64,000 nucleotides of DNA from an uncultured Gammaproteobacteria bacterium (GTDB taxonomy: Bacteria; Pseudomonadota; Gammaproteobacteria; Steroidobacterales; BM003), in NCBI GenBank assembly GCA_963783695.1, contig CAWAOM010000004.1, positions 366,271-430,270 on the forward strand, read 5' to 3'. Below are positions 1 to 7,989 of the stretch, one piece after another. Position numbers and translations under genes: made by a program. A model generated the notes under the pieces. The model ran no database searches, was not told where the DNA came from, and worked only from the letters and a program-made list of their open reading frames with translations. Each line of letters starts with the position of its first letter. The first letter of the stretch is position 1.

Positions 1-2688
1 TATGCCAGCTGCGAAATGCTGGAGGGTAAGGACCCCGATCCACGCGATGATGTTTATGCGCTCGCCTGCGTGTCCTATGAATTATTTTCGGGCCGCCATC
101 CTTACGATAAAACACCGGCGGTTAACGCGCGTGACCGTGGACTGGTTCCCGCACGGGTCAAGTCACTTGGCATGCGGCAGTGGCAAGGACTGATGGAAGG
201 GCTTGCGTTCGAACGCGAACGCAGATCGCCGAGTGTTCGTCATTTTCTGGCGAGTCTCAAACCGAAACCCATTCAGAAAGCGGTCGTTGCCGGCGTGGTC
301 ACGACGGTGCTTCTTGCGCTTGCCCTTGGCGTGCTTTGGTTTCCCGGTTATCTCGAACGGCAACGCCTTGACGAGATCGTCAGCGCCATTCAAAGCGGCA
401 ACCGGGTGCTGATCGAAGAAGTCAACGAGGAATTGCTCGGGCTTTCCGCAGACGCGCGCGCCAGCGTCTTTCTCGAATCCGATACCCGCAGCCGTTATGT
501 GCAGTTCGTCAAGCAACGCATAGATGCGGTTTTTTCGCCGGTCGAGCAACACTACGATTATCCGGCCGCGGCGCTGATGCTCGACGAACTAAAAAAGCTG
601 ATGCCGGATTCAGTTGCTGTGGCAGAGCTACAGGAGGCGGTCTCGGCGACGCTGGATGCCAGCCGGCTGCAGCAACAGGACAAGGTCCGCGAGCTGCTCG
701 ATAGCGGTGCGCTGATTGCGCTGCAGGGGACACCCAACCTGGTTGATGTGCTGCAAACGCTCAAACAGATGGATCCGGAGGACACTACCGATCAGGATGC
801 ATTGATTCCGTTGCGCTTTGCGTCGCAGGCGGCCGCGGCCTTTGAGGCCGGCGATCTCGATGTGGCGTCGGCGCTGGTCGAGCAGGGTCGCATTTTTGCA
901 CCGGAGGATGCGGTTTTTGCCAGTCTCGGTGATCGCATCACCATCGAACGCAACGCGAGACTCAAGGCGGATCTCGAGTCACGAATCCAGGCGGCGCTTC
1001 CGCAACTGAAAACTTTCGAGGATTTCGAGGCTTTGCGCCCTGACCTGATTAGCCTGCTTGCGCTGGAGCCAGACAGCGTGGTGTTGGCTTCGGCTCTGGC
1101 GAGACTGAGGACCGCGACCGATGCGACGCTGGAGTCGGATATAGCAAGCTATCGTTATGGCGCTGCGCGTCAGGCGCTGGAACAGGTAAACGGCATCCTT
1201 CCGGAGGACTTCGTGCAGACCGGTCTGGCAAGGGTCAATACAGCGGAGGCTGGCGGCGTGTCCGCGCTCGTCGCGCAAACCGAACAAGCCGTTGCAGAGA
1301 GTCCGGACGACACCGCGGCAGTGGAGAAGATTTTTGCGGAGCTGGATGATGCGGATGCGGATCCGATTGTAATCATCCGCGTGCGCGACGCCGCGGCTGG
1401 TGCTTTCATTACCCAGGCCCGCCTGGCGATTGCCGCTAACGATCCCGACACCGCGCGAGCGCTCCTTGTCCGGGGGTCGGAGACACGGCCATCGTCTTCG
1501 ATCGGTGACGAGATAGACCTGCTGACGCGGCAACTCGACCGCCAGGCAGCCCTCGCCGCCGCCGAAGACGACCAGCAACGCGAGGCACTGCAGGAACAGA
1601 GCCGGCTCGAATTGCTCGGCCTCAAGCAGCAGTTCGAGCAGGGTCTGTCACAACCGGCGGTGACCGTGGCGCAAGGGCGGACACTGCTCGGGCTGCTCGA
1701 TCAGCTCGAAGCGCAACGGATTGATGTGGCGACCGACGGCCGTGCGCAGATCGCGCGGTTGATGGTGCAGGGCACCCGCCAGCTGGCGGAGCAGGACCGG
1801 TGGTCGGAGGCGCTATCCGCGGCGCGCGATGCCGCGGCATTGCTGCCCGGTGATTCCATGTTGAGTGAAAATGTGTCGCAACTGGAAGCCGACAATTATC
1901 GTCGCCTCAACCGCCAGCGCGTCAGCGCGGGTGTGACCGAGCTCGACAATCTGCTGACCAGCCCGAAATTCGATCTGGAATGGAGCGAACAGGTTAATCG
2001 CGAGATCGCACGGCTTGGCTCGTTGCTGCCGCCGGACGACCCAACCCTGGCCGGCGCCACGCAGCAGGCTGCATTGGTGTATCTGCAACGGGCACAGGAC
2101 ATGCGTCGGGCGGAACGTTTTGAGATAGCCGAGCAGGCTCTGGCACGGGCCAATGCGCTTATGCCCGGTTTTGCCGGACTGGCGCTTGAGGAGGATCGGC
2201 TTGCTCAGGCGCGGGCAGAGCATCGCGAGCGTAGCGAAACGCGCGCCCGCCTGGCACGTATCGACAGTCTGAAGGAACGCCTGCGGCAAGAGGCGAGGGC
2301 GGGACAGCTCGATCGTGCGCGGCGCACGCTGGCCCAGGTGGCGGAGCAATTGCCCGCGGACAATGAGTTTGTCGTCGCGGAGGGGCCGGGCCTGATTGCG
2401 GCGGCCTATCTGAACAGTGCGCGAGCCGCCGCGCGCCGGCGTCAGTTTGATCAGGCGCTTGCGCTTGTGGATCGTGGCCTCGAATTTGCGCCGGACAATA
2501 CGCCACTGCTGGATGCCCGGGTTCGGTTCGCCGAAGAGCTTGACGCAGCGGGACAACAGCGCTCGACTGACAGCCGCCGGCAGGCTATGCCGGCCGCCGT
2601 CGCCCAACGAGATCCGGCGACGGAGACGGTGACTGGAGATGAACGAACGTATCCGGCAGAGCATCGAATCAGGCGCGATTTCCGATGA
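1..2688 (+). CDS. Hanks-type Ser/Thr protein kinase, 5'-truncated by the window edge: end of catalytic domain, one TM helix, then a long helical TPR-like C-terminal region
   Basis: Frame 1 is open from nt 1 (YASCEMLEGK...), so the ATG at 16 is internal. DVYALACVSYELFSGRHPY matches kinase subdomains IX-XI. A hydrophobic helix AVVAGVVTTVLLALALGVLWF follows. The remaining ~780 aa are Ala/Leu/Arg/Glu-rich helical repeats (e.g. FEIAEQALARANALMPGF, FDQALALVDRGLEFAPDN). Confidence 0.8.
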   Translation, partial: YASCEMLEGKDPDPRDDVYALACVSYELFSGRHPYDKTPAVNARDRGLVPARVKSLGMRQWQGLMEGLAFERERRSPSVRHFLASLKPKPIQKAVVAGVVTTVLLALALGVLWFPGYLERQRLDEIVSAIQSGNRVLIEEVNEELLGLSADARASVFLESDTRSRYVQFVKQRIDAVFSPVEQHYDYPAAALMLDELKKLMPDSVAVAELQEAVSATLDASRLQQQDKVRELLDSGALIALQGTPNLVDVLQTLKQMDPEDTTDQDALIPLRFASQAAAAFEAGDLDVASALVEQGRIFAPEDAVFASLGDRITIERNARLKADLESRIQAALPQLKTFEDFEALRPDLISLLALEPDSVVLASALARLRTATDATLESDIASYRYGAARQALEQVNGILPEDFVQTGLARVNTAEAGGVSALVAQTEQAVAESPDDTAAVEKIFAELDDADADPIVIIRVRDAAAGAFITQARLAIAANDPDTARALLVRGSETRPSSSIGDEIDLLTRQLDRQAALAAAEDDQQREALQEQSRLELLGLKQQFEQGLSQPAVTVAQGRTLLGLLDQLEAQRIDVATDGRAQIARLMVQGTRQLAEQDRWSEALSAARDAAALLPGDSMLSENVSQLEADNYRRLNRQRVSAGVTELDNLLTSPKFDLEWSEQVNREIARLGSLLPPDDPTLAGATQQAALVYLQRAQDMRRAERFEIAEQALARANALMPGFAGLALEEDRLAQARAEHRERSETRARLARIDSLKERLRQEARAGQLDRARRTLAQVAEQLPADNEFVVAEGPGLIAAAYLNSARAAARRRQFDQALALVDRGLEFAPDNTPLLDARVRFAEELDAAGQQRSTDSRRQAMPAAVAQRDPATETVTGDERTYPAEHRIRRDFR

Positions 2689-3547
2689 GGCCGTGTTGCG
2701 CAGCGATTTGTCACGGCTGCGTGAACTCGATCCGTCGCTTTACGATGAGACGGCAGCGTGGTCGTCCGCGCTGCTGGCAGGCGAAATCGAGACACTGCTG
2801 GCACAAGACAGGATTGCAGAGGCCCAGGCGCGCAGGGACCTCGGGTTGCGCCTGTTTCAGACCGATGCAGGGCTCGCCGCGATTGCCATACCTGCGGCGG
2901 TTTCGGCCGAGCCCGATCCATGCTCCGCCGCCGTTCTTGTCGGGCGGGGCGGCGAGCGCGATGGCAGTTGCCGTGATGCGATCCGTGGCGGAGGTAACGG
3001 TCCGTATATGGTTGTCGTGCCCGGGGTCGCTGCGGGCGCGCGGCCATTTGCGATTACCAAGTATGAGATCACGGTGCGCGAATACAACGCCTATTGCAGC
3101 GCGACCGCAAACTGCCCCGGGTTCGAGACCAGCGATGACCTGGTGCCGGTAACTCGTATCTCGATTGCCGATGCGCGCGATTACGCCGAATGGCTCAGCC
3201 AGCAAACGGGTCGCAGCTACCGGTTGCCGAGCGCCGTCGAGTGGGAACATACGGCACGGGCCGAAACAGACGCCATTCGTTGGAATTTCAATTGCCAGGT
3301 GAGAGATGGCGGCAAGCTTGTCAGGGGCATCGCACTGCAGCCTGTAACGGCGGGAACGGATAACAACTGGGGCCTGCGCAATTACATAGGCAATGCGCGC
3401 GAGTGGGTCGACGCCGGTGGTGAACTGGAAGCGCGCGGCGGCGCCTATACTGATGCGAAAGAGAATTGTTCGGTGGCAGCGCGGGTGAGTCATGACGGCG
3501 AGCCGGACAATGCAACCGGGATGCGGCTCGTCAGGGCGGTCGAATAG
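2639..3547 (+). CDS. FGE-sulfatase (SUMF1, C-type-lectin-like fold) domain protein, probably non-catalytic
   Basis: GPYMVVVPG...FAITKYEITVREYNAYC...DARDYAEWLSQQTGRSYRLPSAVEWEHTAR...NWGLRNYIGNAREWV...RGGAY follows the FGE-sulfatase domain pattern. ATG 2639 overlaps the kinase gene by 50 nt. GTG 2693 or TTG 2696 (GAGG at 2687-2690), just after the kinase stop, are alternative starts. No signal peptide is visible. Confidence 0.75.
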   Translation: MNERIRQSIESGAISDEAVLRSDLSRLRELDPSLYDETAAWSSALLAGEIETLLAQDRIAEAQARRDLGLRLFQTDAGLAAIAIPAAVSAEPDPCSAAVLVGRGGERDGSCRDAIRGGGNGPYMVVVPGVAAGARPFAITKYEITVREYNAYCSATANCPGFETSDDLVPVTRISIADARDYAEWLSQQTGRSYRLPSAVEWEHTARAETDAIRWNFNCQVRDGGKLVRGIALQPVTAGTDNNWGLRNYIGNAREWVDAGGELEARGGAYTDAKENCSVAARVSHDGEPDNATGMRLVRAVE

Positions 3548-3558
3548 GGAACAGCGTT

Positions 3559-4302
3559 ATGCTTTCGGCTGAAACACTGAGACAACTCGTCAGCGACTAT
3601 TATCACGGCCTGATCCCGCGGGACACTTACCGTCGCCGCCGTGCGGAATTGCTCGACGGTCTTTGCGCCGGCGACAGCGACGATAGCGCAACGGTGCCGC
3701 GCAGCGAATTGACAGGGGAACGTCTGACCCGGGCCACGGCGGCTCCGGTCAGCGGCGGACGCAGGAGGTCGGATACGGCGCAGCCGCCCGGCGAGCAAAG
3801 AAAGAGGATTTTCGCTGCCACCGCGGTCGCGGTGCTGGCATTGCTGGTGACGCTATTAGTCGCACTGTTTTTTGGTGCTGAAGACGGTCCCGCCGGGAGT
3901 GGCGCTGGCCCGGCCGGTGCGGCCGCGATGGAAGGTGATGAGCTTCTGCGGGATTTCCTCGGGCGCAATGACTGGTCCGCGGCCAGCGCGCAGGCGCTGC
4001 TTACCGCCTGGCAGGCGCTGGACCCGGCCGAGCACGAACGTGTTCGCCAGACGACCGCATACCTCGCTTTTGCCAACGAGCTGCGCTCGCAAATTCGCAT
4101 GGAAAAAAACCTGGCGGATAACGATCAGGATGTTGCCCGTCTCGACAACGGCGAGCCGCTGTTGCGGGCGCTGGCACTGGGGCTGGGTTTCGACGCTATT
4201 GTGGCAACCGAGTACGGACGACCCGCGGCCCTCCGGCAAATCGTCGAACCGACCGGCGACAGCGCGGCACGGTGCGCCGGCATTTCGATGTTGTGGGCCT
4301 GA
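3559..4302 (+). CDS. single-pass membrane protein of unknown function with SHOCT-like N-terminal motif
   Basis: Starts 11 nt after the FGE gene on the same strand. LRQLVSDYYHGLIPRDTYRRRRAELLDGL resembles the SHOCT helix motif. One TM helix (IFAATAVAVLALLVTLLVALFF). No recognisable catalytic motif. Confidence 0.5.
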   Translation: MLSAETLRQLVSDYYHGLIPRDTYRRRRAELLDGLCAGDSDDSATVPRSELTGERLTRATAAPVSGGRRRSDTAQPPGEQRKRIFAATAVAVLALLVTLLVALFFGAEDGPAGSGAGPAGAAAMEGDELLRDFLGRNDWSAASAQALLTAWQALDPAEHERVRQTTAYLAFANELRSQIRMEKNLADNDQDVARLDNGEPLLRALALGLGFDAIVATEYGRPAALRQIVEPTGDSAARCAGISMLWA

Positions 4303-4696
4303 ACCGTTGTCCGCAACGGGGTCAAAACACACCTGCCCCGATGTCGTTGAGCCGCTGCGATCGGCGTGCAGAGTCGGCGCATCGGGCCGGGCGCGGCCGC
4401 GCGGAACCCGACCGGCCCTGGTACACCCACAGCCATTGAGCGAGCCGGTTTGACACGGAAGCCAGGCGGTTGATTTACTGGATCGGCAATGGCCGCGCGC
4501 CAGCCGCAGCGATGATTTGAGGGCGGCAGTGATAGCTGGCTGCTCGCGCCTTCGTGCAGGCACGATCGTATGCGATTCCTGTAAGATCGCAGTAAAACAG
4601 ATACTCTCGCAGTTGTCCGGGAGCGACCGTGAATCGTCCCGCCGCAGCGTGAACACTGGAGATTAGCGGACGAGTGGAGCAGGAGGGAGCGGCTCG

Positions 4697-6502
4697 ATGC
4701 GCAGCATCATATTCCCCGGCTGGGCGATTTCAGTGATCGCAGCCCGTGCACTGACGCTGTTTGCCGTTTGCGCGAGTGTTTCGCTCGCGCAACAGTCCCC
4801 GTTGCCACCGCCGCTGCCCGGCGCTGCCACACCCGGTGGGGCGTTGCCGCAGCAAAGCCGGTTCAAGATGCTGCAGCCCGAAACTGAGATGGTGGCGATC
4901 CCGGCGTTTGTCGACAGACCGATGGGTATCGGCGAAGGGCAGGCCATCGTCGTTCGCGAATTTCTGCTCAAGGTCGATCCGGACCTCGAAAGACGGGCCG
5001 ATGCAGTGTTGCAGATTCGCTCGCAGAGTTTTCTGGACGCCCGGATTTCCAAACAGCCCGAGTCCGGTTTCAGTGTCCGTGAACTCGAGGAAATGACCCG
5101 GGCCGTCAGCACGATCTACCGCGATGACGATTTCATTCTGGCGCGGGCTTTCTTGCCGGAGCAGGTCGTTACCGATGGCGTCGTAGTCGTCGAAGTTCTG
5201 GCCGGCGAGCTTGACCAGGTCACTGTCGAGGGTAACGAACGCTATTCGGATGGACGCGTGACGCAGCCGTTTGCAGAATTGATGGGTAAACCGGTGCGTA
5301 AATCCGAAATCGAAAGTGCGATGCTGAGTCTCAGCGACTATCCGGGCCTGGCACCGGAAGCAGAATTCGTCCCCAGCGCTACGTTCGGTGCCACGGATCT
5401 GGCCGTGAAGGTCGCGGAACAGCGTATTGATCTGCGCACAAGCGTCGATAACTACGGTACCGACTACACCGGCAATGGTCGTGCGCGGGCGGTCCTCGAC
5501 TGGTTTAATCCGGTCGGGATCGGCGATGTGTTTTCGGCCAACATTCTGCAGACCTTCGACCCGGATGAAGGCACATATGGCGGAGTCGGTTATCAGCTTC
5601 CGCTGGATAGTTATGACTGGACCCTGGCCGCGGCCTACAGCCGGAACACCTACGATGTGTCCGGCTCTCAGGCCGGGATTCCCGGGCTCGGTGGCGACTC
5701 CGATATTGGTACCGTTTTTCTCCGTCATCAGCTCAGGCGGTCGCAGTCTTTTAGTGCCAGTGCCTATACCGGCCTGAGCATCAAGCAGGCGACTATCGAT
5801 AATCTGACTGCCGATGGCGACGATCCCGAGGATAACCTCACGATAGTCTCGTTTGGCGTGGACCTGGAGGGATCCGACCGGCTCGGCTCTGGCGGACTCA
5901 ACCAGCTGATACTCGAATTTCACCGTGGCCTGAACAGTTTTCTCGGATCAATGGACGAGGACGGGGACGAAAAGTCGACCCGCAGGGGCGGCTCCGGGGA
6001 CTATGCCGGTGGCGATTTCAACAAGTGGATTTTGCAGTTTCAGCGGTTGCAGAGGATCAGCGCGAACAACACTCTGCTGGCCAGGTTGTTTTACCAGCAG
6101 TCGGACGACTTACTGACCTCGCTGGAGCAGTTCGCCATGGGTGGGCCCTACAGCGTGCGGGCCTACCCGACTTCCGAAGTCCTGGTCGACAAAGGCGGCT
6201 TCTTTTCACTCGAATGGATGCTCGATCTGACGGGTTTGCGGCAGTCGCCGCCGCGCGACTGGCAGGTGCAAGTAGCGCTGTTCGGAGACTACGCGGGGGG
6301 GAAAGACAACGATCCGCTGCCGGGCGAGGAAGAGGATTTCGATCTGTCGGGGTGGGGCGCGGGCCTGCAGTTCGACCTCGAATTTGCAAACGGCCAGGCC
6401 CTCCACGCCCGCGTCGATGGCGCGACGCAGCTGACCAGCCGGGACCCCAGTAACGGTGACGACTGGCAGTGGTGGGGCCGACTGGAATACCGCTTTTGGT
6501 GA
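4697..6502 (+). CDS. ShlB/FhaC/HecB-family two-partner-secretion outer-membrane transporter (TpsB)
   Basis: GGAGGGAG RBS about 8 nt upstream. Signal peptide ends ...CASVSLAQQ. POTRA-like region (VVVVEVLAGELDQVTVEGNERY), family-typical QFAMGGPYSVRAYP motif, and a C-terminal aromatic residue (..RLEYRFW) as in beta-barrel OMPs. Confidence 0.85.
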   Translation: MRSIIFPGWAISVIAARALTLFAVCASVSLAQQSPLPPPLPGAATPGGALPQQSRFKMLQPETEMVAIPAFVDRPMGIGEGQAIVVREFLLKVDPDLERRADAVLQIRSQSFLDARISKQPESGFSVRELEEMTRAVSTIYRDDDFILARAFLPEQVVTDGVVVVEVLAGELDQVTVEGNERYSDGRVTQPFAELMGKPVRKSEIESAMLSLSDYPGLAPEAEFVPSATFGATDLAVKVAEQRIDLRTSVDNYGTDYTGNGRARAVLDWFNPVGIGDVFSANILQTFDPDEGTYGGVGYQLPLDSYDWTLAAAYSRNTYDVSGSQAGIPGLGGDSDIGTVFLRHQLRRSQSFSASAYTGLSIKQATIDNLTADGDDPEDNLTIVSFGVDLEGSDRLGSGGLNQLILEFHRGLNSFLGSMDEDGDEKSTRRGGSGDYAGGDFNKWILQFQRLQRISANNTLLARLFYQQSDDLLTSLEQFAMGGPYSVRAYPTSEVLVDKGGFFSLEWMLDLTGLRQSPPRDWQVQVALFGDYAGGKDNDPLPGEEEDFDLSGWGAGLQFDLEFANGQALHARVDGATQLTSRDPSNGDDWQWWGRLEYRFW

Positions 6503-6560
6503 CCCTGCCGGGCGATCTGTTTCGCGTGTCTCTTGAGCCCGCTGCCTCGCCGCTGTGGTA

Positions 6561-6590
6561 ACCTCTGGCCGCGTTGTAACTCGCAGAGGT
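6561..6590 (+). promoter_or_regulatory. hairpin that pairs an anti-SD (ACCUCUG) with the Shine-Dalgarno region (CAGAGGU) of the downstream ORF
   Basis: acctctg (6561-6567) is the exact reverse complement of cagaggt (6584-6590), with a 16-nt loop. The 3' arm contains the GAGG located 6 nt before ATG 6595. Confidence 0.3.
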
Positions 6591-6594
6591 AACG

Positions 6595-6942
6595 ATGGCT
6601 GAACAACACATCTTCAGGGTGGTCTTCGCAAACCAGGGAAAGGTCTACGAGATCTATGCGCGCCAGGTTCATCATGGCGAGATGTTCGGATTCATCGAGG
6701 TTGAGGAGTTCGTATTCGGTGAGAGGACCACTGTAGTGGTCGACCCTTCCGAGGAGAGGATCAAGTCGGAGTTCGCCAACGTCAAGCGGACGTTCCTGCC
6801 GATGCACTCGATTATTCGCGTTGACGAAGTGGAAACGCAGGGTGTCAGCAAAATTACCAACATCGAGGGAAGCAACGTCGCGCAATTTCCGATCCCGGTC
6901 TACACGCCGGGCGGGGATACCTCGGGATCCGGTAACAAGTAG
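6595..6942 (+). CDS. DUF1820-like conserved hypothetical protein
   Basis: 115-aa ORF with a GAGG RBS. FRVVFANQGKVYEIYARQV...FGFIEVEEFVFGERTTVVVDPSEE...LPMHSIIRVDEV matches my recollection of the DUF1820 family of gammaproteobacteria. Not verified by search. Confidence 0.6.
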   Translation: MAEQHIFRVVFANQGKVYEIYARQVHHGEMFGFIEVEEFVFGERTTVVVDPSEERIKSEFANVKRTFLPMHSIIRVDEVETQGVSKITNIEGSNVAQFPIPVYTPGGDTSGSGNK

Positions 6943-6959
6943 TCGCGCGGCAACGGGTA

Positions 6960-7733
6960 GTGGAATCCGCCCGCCTGCGTGTGGCCGTGCTCGCCAGTGG
7001 CAGCAAGGGTAACGCCGCACTGATCGAGTATCGCGATACACGTGTTCTGCTCGATTGCGGACTCGGTGTCGCCCAACTCGAGAAACGCCTGGCGCTGATC
7101 GGACGTTCGCCTGCCGATATCAGTGCAATGCTGCTGACACATGAACACGGCGACCACTGTGCCGGAGCGGCTGCGGTTTCGATGCGTTTCGGCTTGCCGG
7201 TATGGATGACCCCGGGTACAGCAGCGGCACTGCGGGACAAACGCTTCGCCCGCACGGTGCGATTTAATTGCCACGCCAACATCCAGATTGGCGAACTCGC
7301 TATTGAACCGATTCCGGTTCCGCACGATGCGCGCGAGCCGTGCCAGTTTTTGTTCCGTAGTGGAGACCGACGGGTTGCGTGGCTGACCGACCTCGGACAT
7401 GTGTCGCCACATGTCGCCAGGGTAGCGGCGGGATGTAACGGTTTGCTGCTGGAATTCAATCATGATCCGGAAATGCTGCGAGACGGACCTTATCCGGCGT
7501 TTTTGCGGCGCCGGGTCGCGGGACCGTATGGCCACCTCAGCAATGCGCAGTCGGGAGAGTTGCTGCGGAAAATCGATTGCTCGAAACTCGAGGCGCTGGT
7601 GGCGCTTCATCTCAGTGAAGTGAACAATTGCGCGGACCGGGTGCGCACGGTAATCGACGACTGCCTCGGTGGCAGCCGCACGCAGGTCGAGGTTGCCAGC
7701 CAGCGCGATGTGTTGCGCTGGCTGGAATTCTGA
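6960..7733 (+). CDS. MBL-fold metallo-hydrolase
   Basis: N-terminal VLASGSKGNA and the HxHxDH zinc motif LLTHEHGDHCAG. GTG start at 6960 (start uncertain). Confidence 0.8.
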   Translation: MESARLRVAVLASGSKGNAALIEYRDTRVLLDCGLGVAQLEKRLALIGRSPADISAMLLTHEHGDHCAGAAAVSMRFGLPVWMTPGTAAALRDKRFARTVRFNCHANIQIGELAIEPIPVPHDAREPCQFLFRSGDRRVAWLTDLGHVSPHVARVAAGCNGLLLEFNHDPEMLRDGPYPAFLRRRVAGPYGHLSNAQSGELLRKIDCSKLEALVALHLSEVNNCADRVRTVIDDCLGGSRTQVEVASQRDVLRWLEF

Positions 7734-7989
7734 AACAGCGGCGACCGCCCCATCCCGACTCGCCCGAGCAGCCCGGGTCAGCCGGCTGGCGCGCGGAATC
7801 GAGCAGTGGTCCGGCGTGCCCAGAGAGGCCGGACCCGGAGTTGCGCGGCAGTTGCTGGTCCGGCGATAGGCGGCGCCTCACGCCGCCGCGATTCCCGGGT
7901 GCCCACTAGTTCGACACCGCCTCCTCGGGTATCATTCTGCGGCCTGCGATAGATCCATTGTCCCAGCCCTGCCAGAACTGGAACTCGAG

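Noticed and set aside
2686-2688. Programmed +1 frameshift at the kinase stop codon, prfB-style
   Set aside because: The context UUC CGA UGA G has no slippery P-site codon that could re-pair in the +1 frame, and no upstream SD-like stimulator at the right spacing. An indel or two genuine genes is more likely.
4450-4479. TTGACA-18nt-TTTACT promoter-like element in the 394-nt gap upstream of the TpsB gene
   Set aside because: The -10 matches only 4 of 6 positions and the spacer is suboptimal. It is too weak to report as a feature without TSS data.
4730-5923. 397-aa ORF antisense to the TpsB gene. Similar long antisense or alternative-frame ORFs occur at 18967-20451, 22687-23694, 29239-30651, 33440-34999, 52754-53914 and 62250-63491.
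   Set aside because: Their translations are Arg/Ala/Pro/Gly-rich low-complexity strings with no recognisable motifs. Each lies opposite or out of frame relative to a gene with clear family signatures. This is the expected stop-codon-poor artefact of high-GC DNA.
7869-7887. GGCGGCG-N5-CGCCGCC hairpin after the MBL gene, resembling the one at 33267-33287, as a possible REP-like repeat family
   Set aside because: There are only two copies, and the similarity is limited to a simple GGC/GCC repeat composition that is expected by chance in this GC-rich genome.
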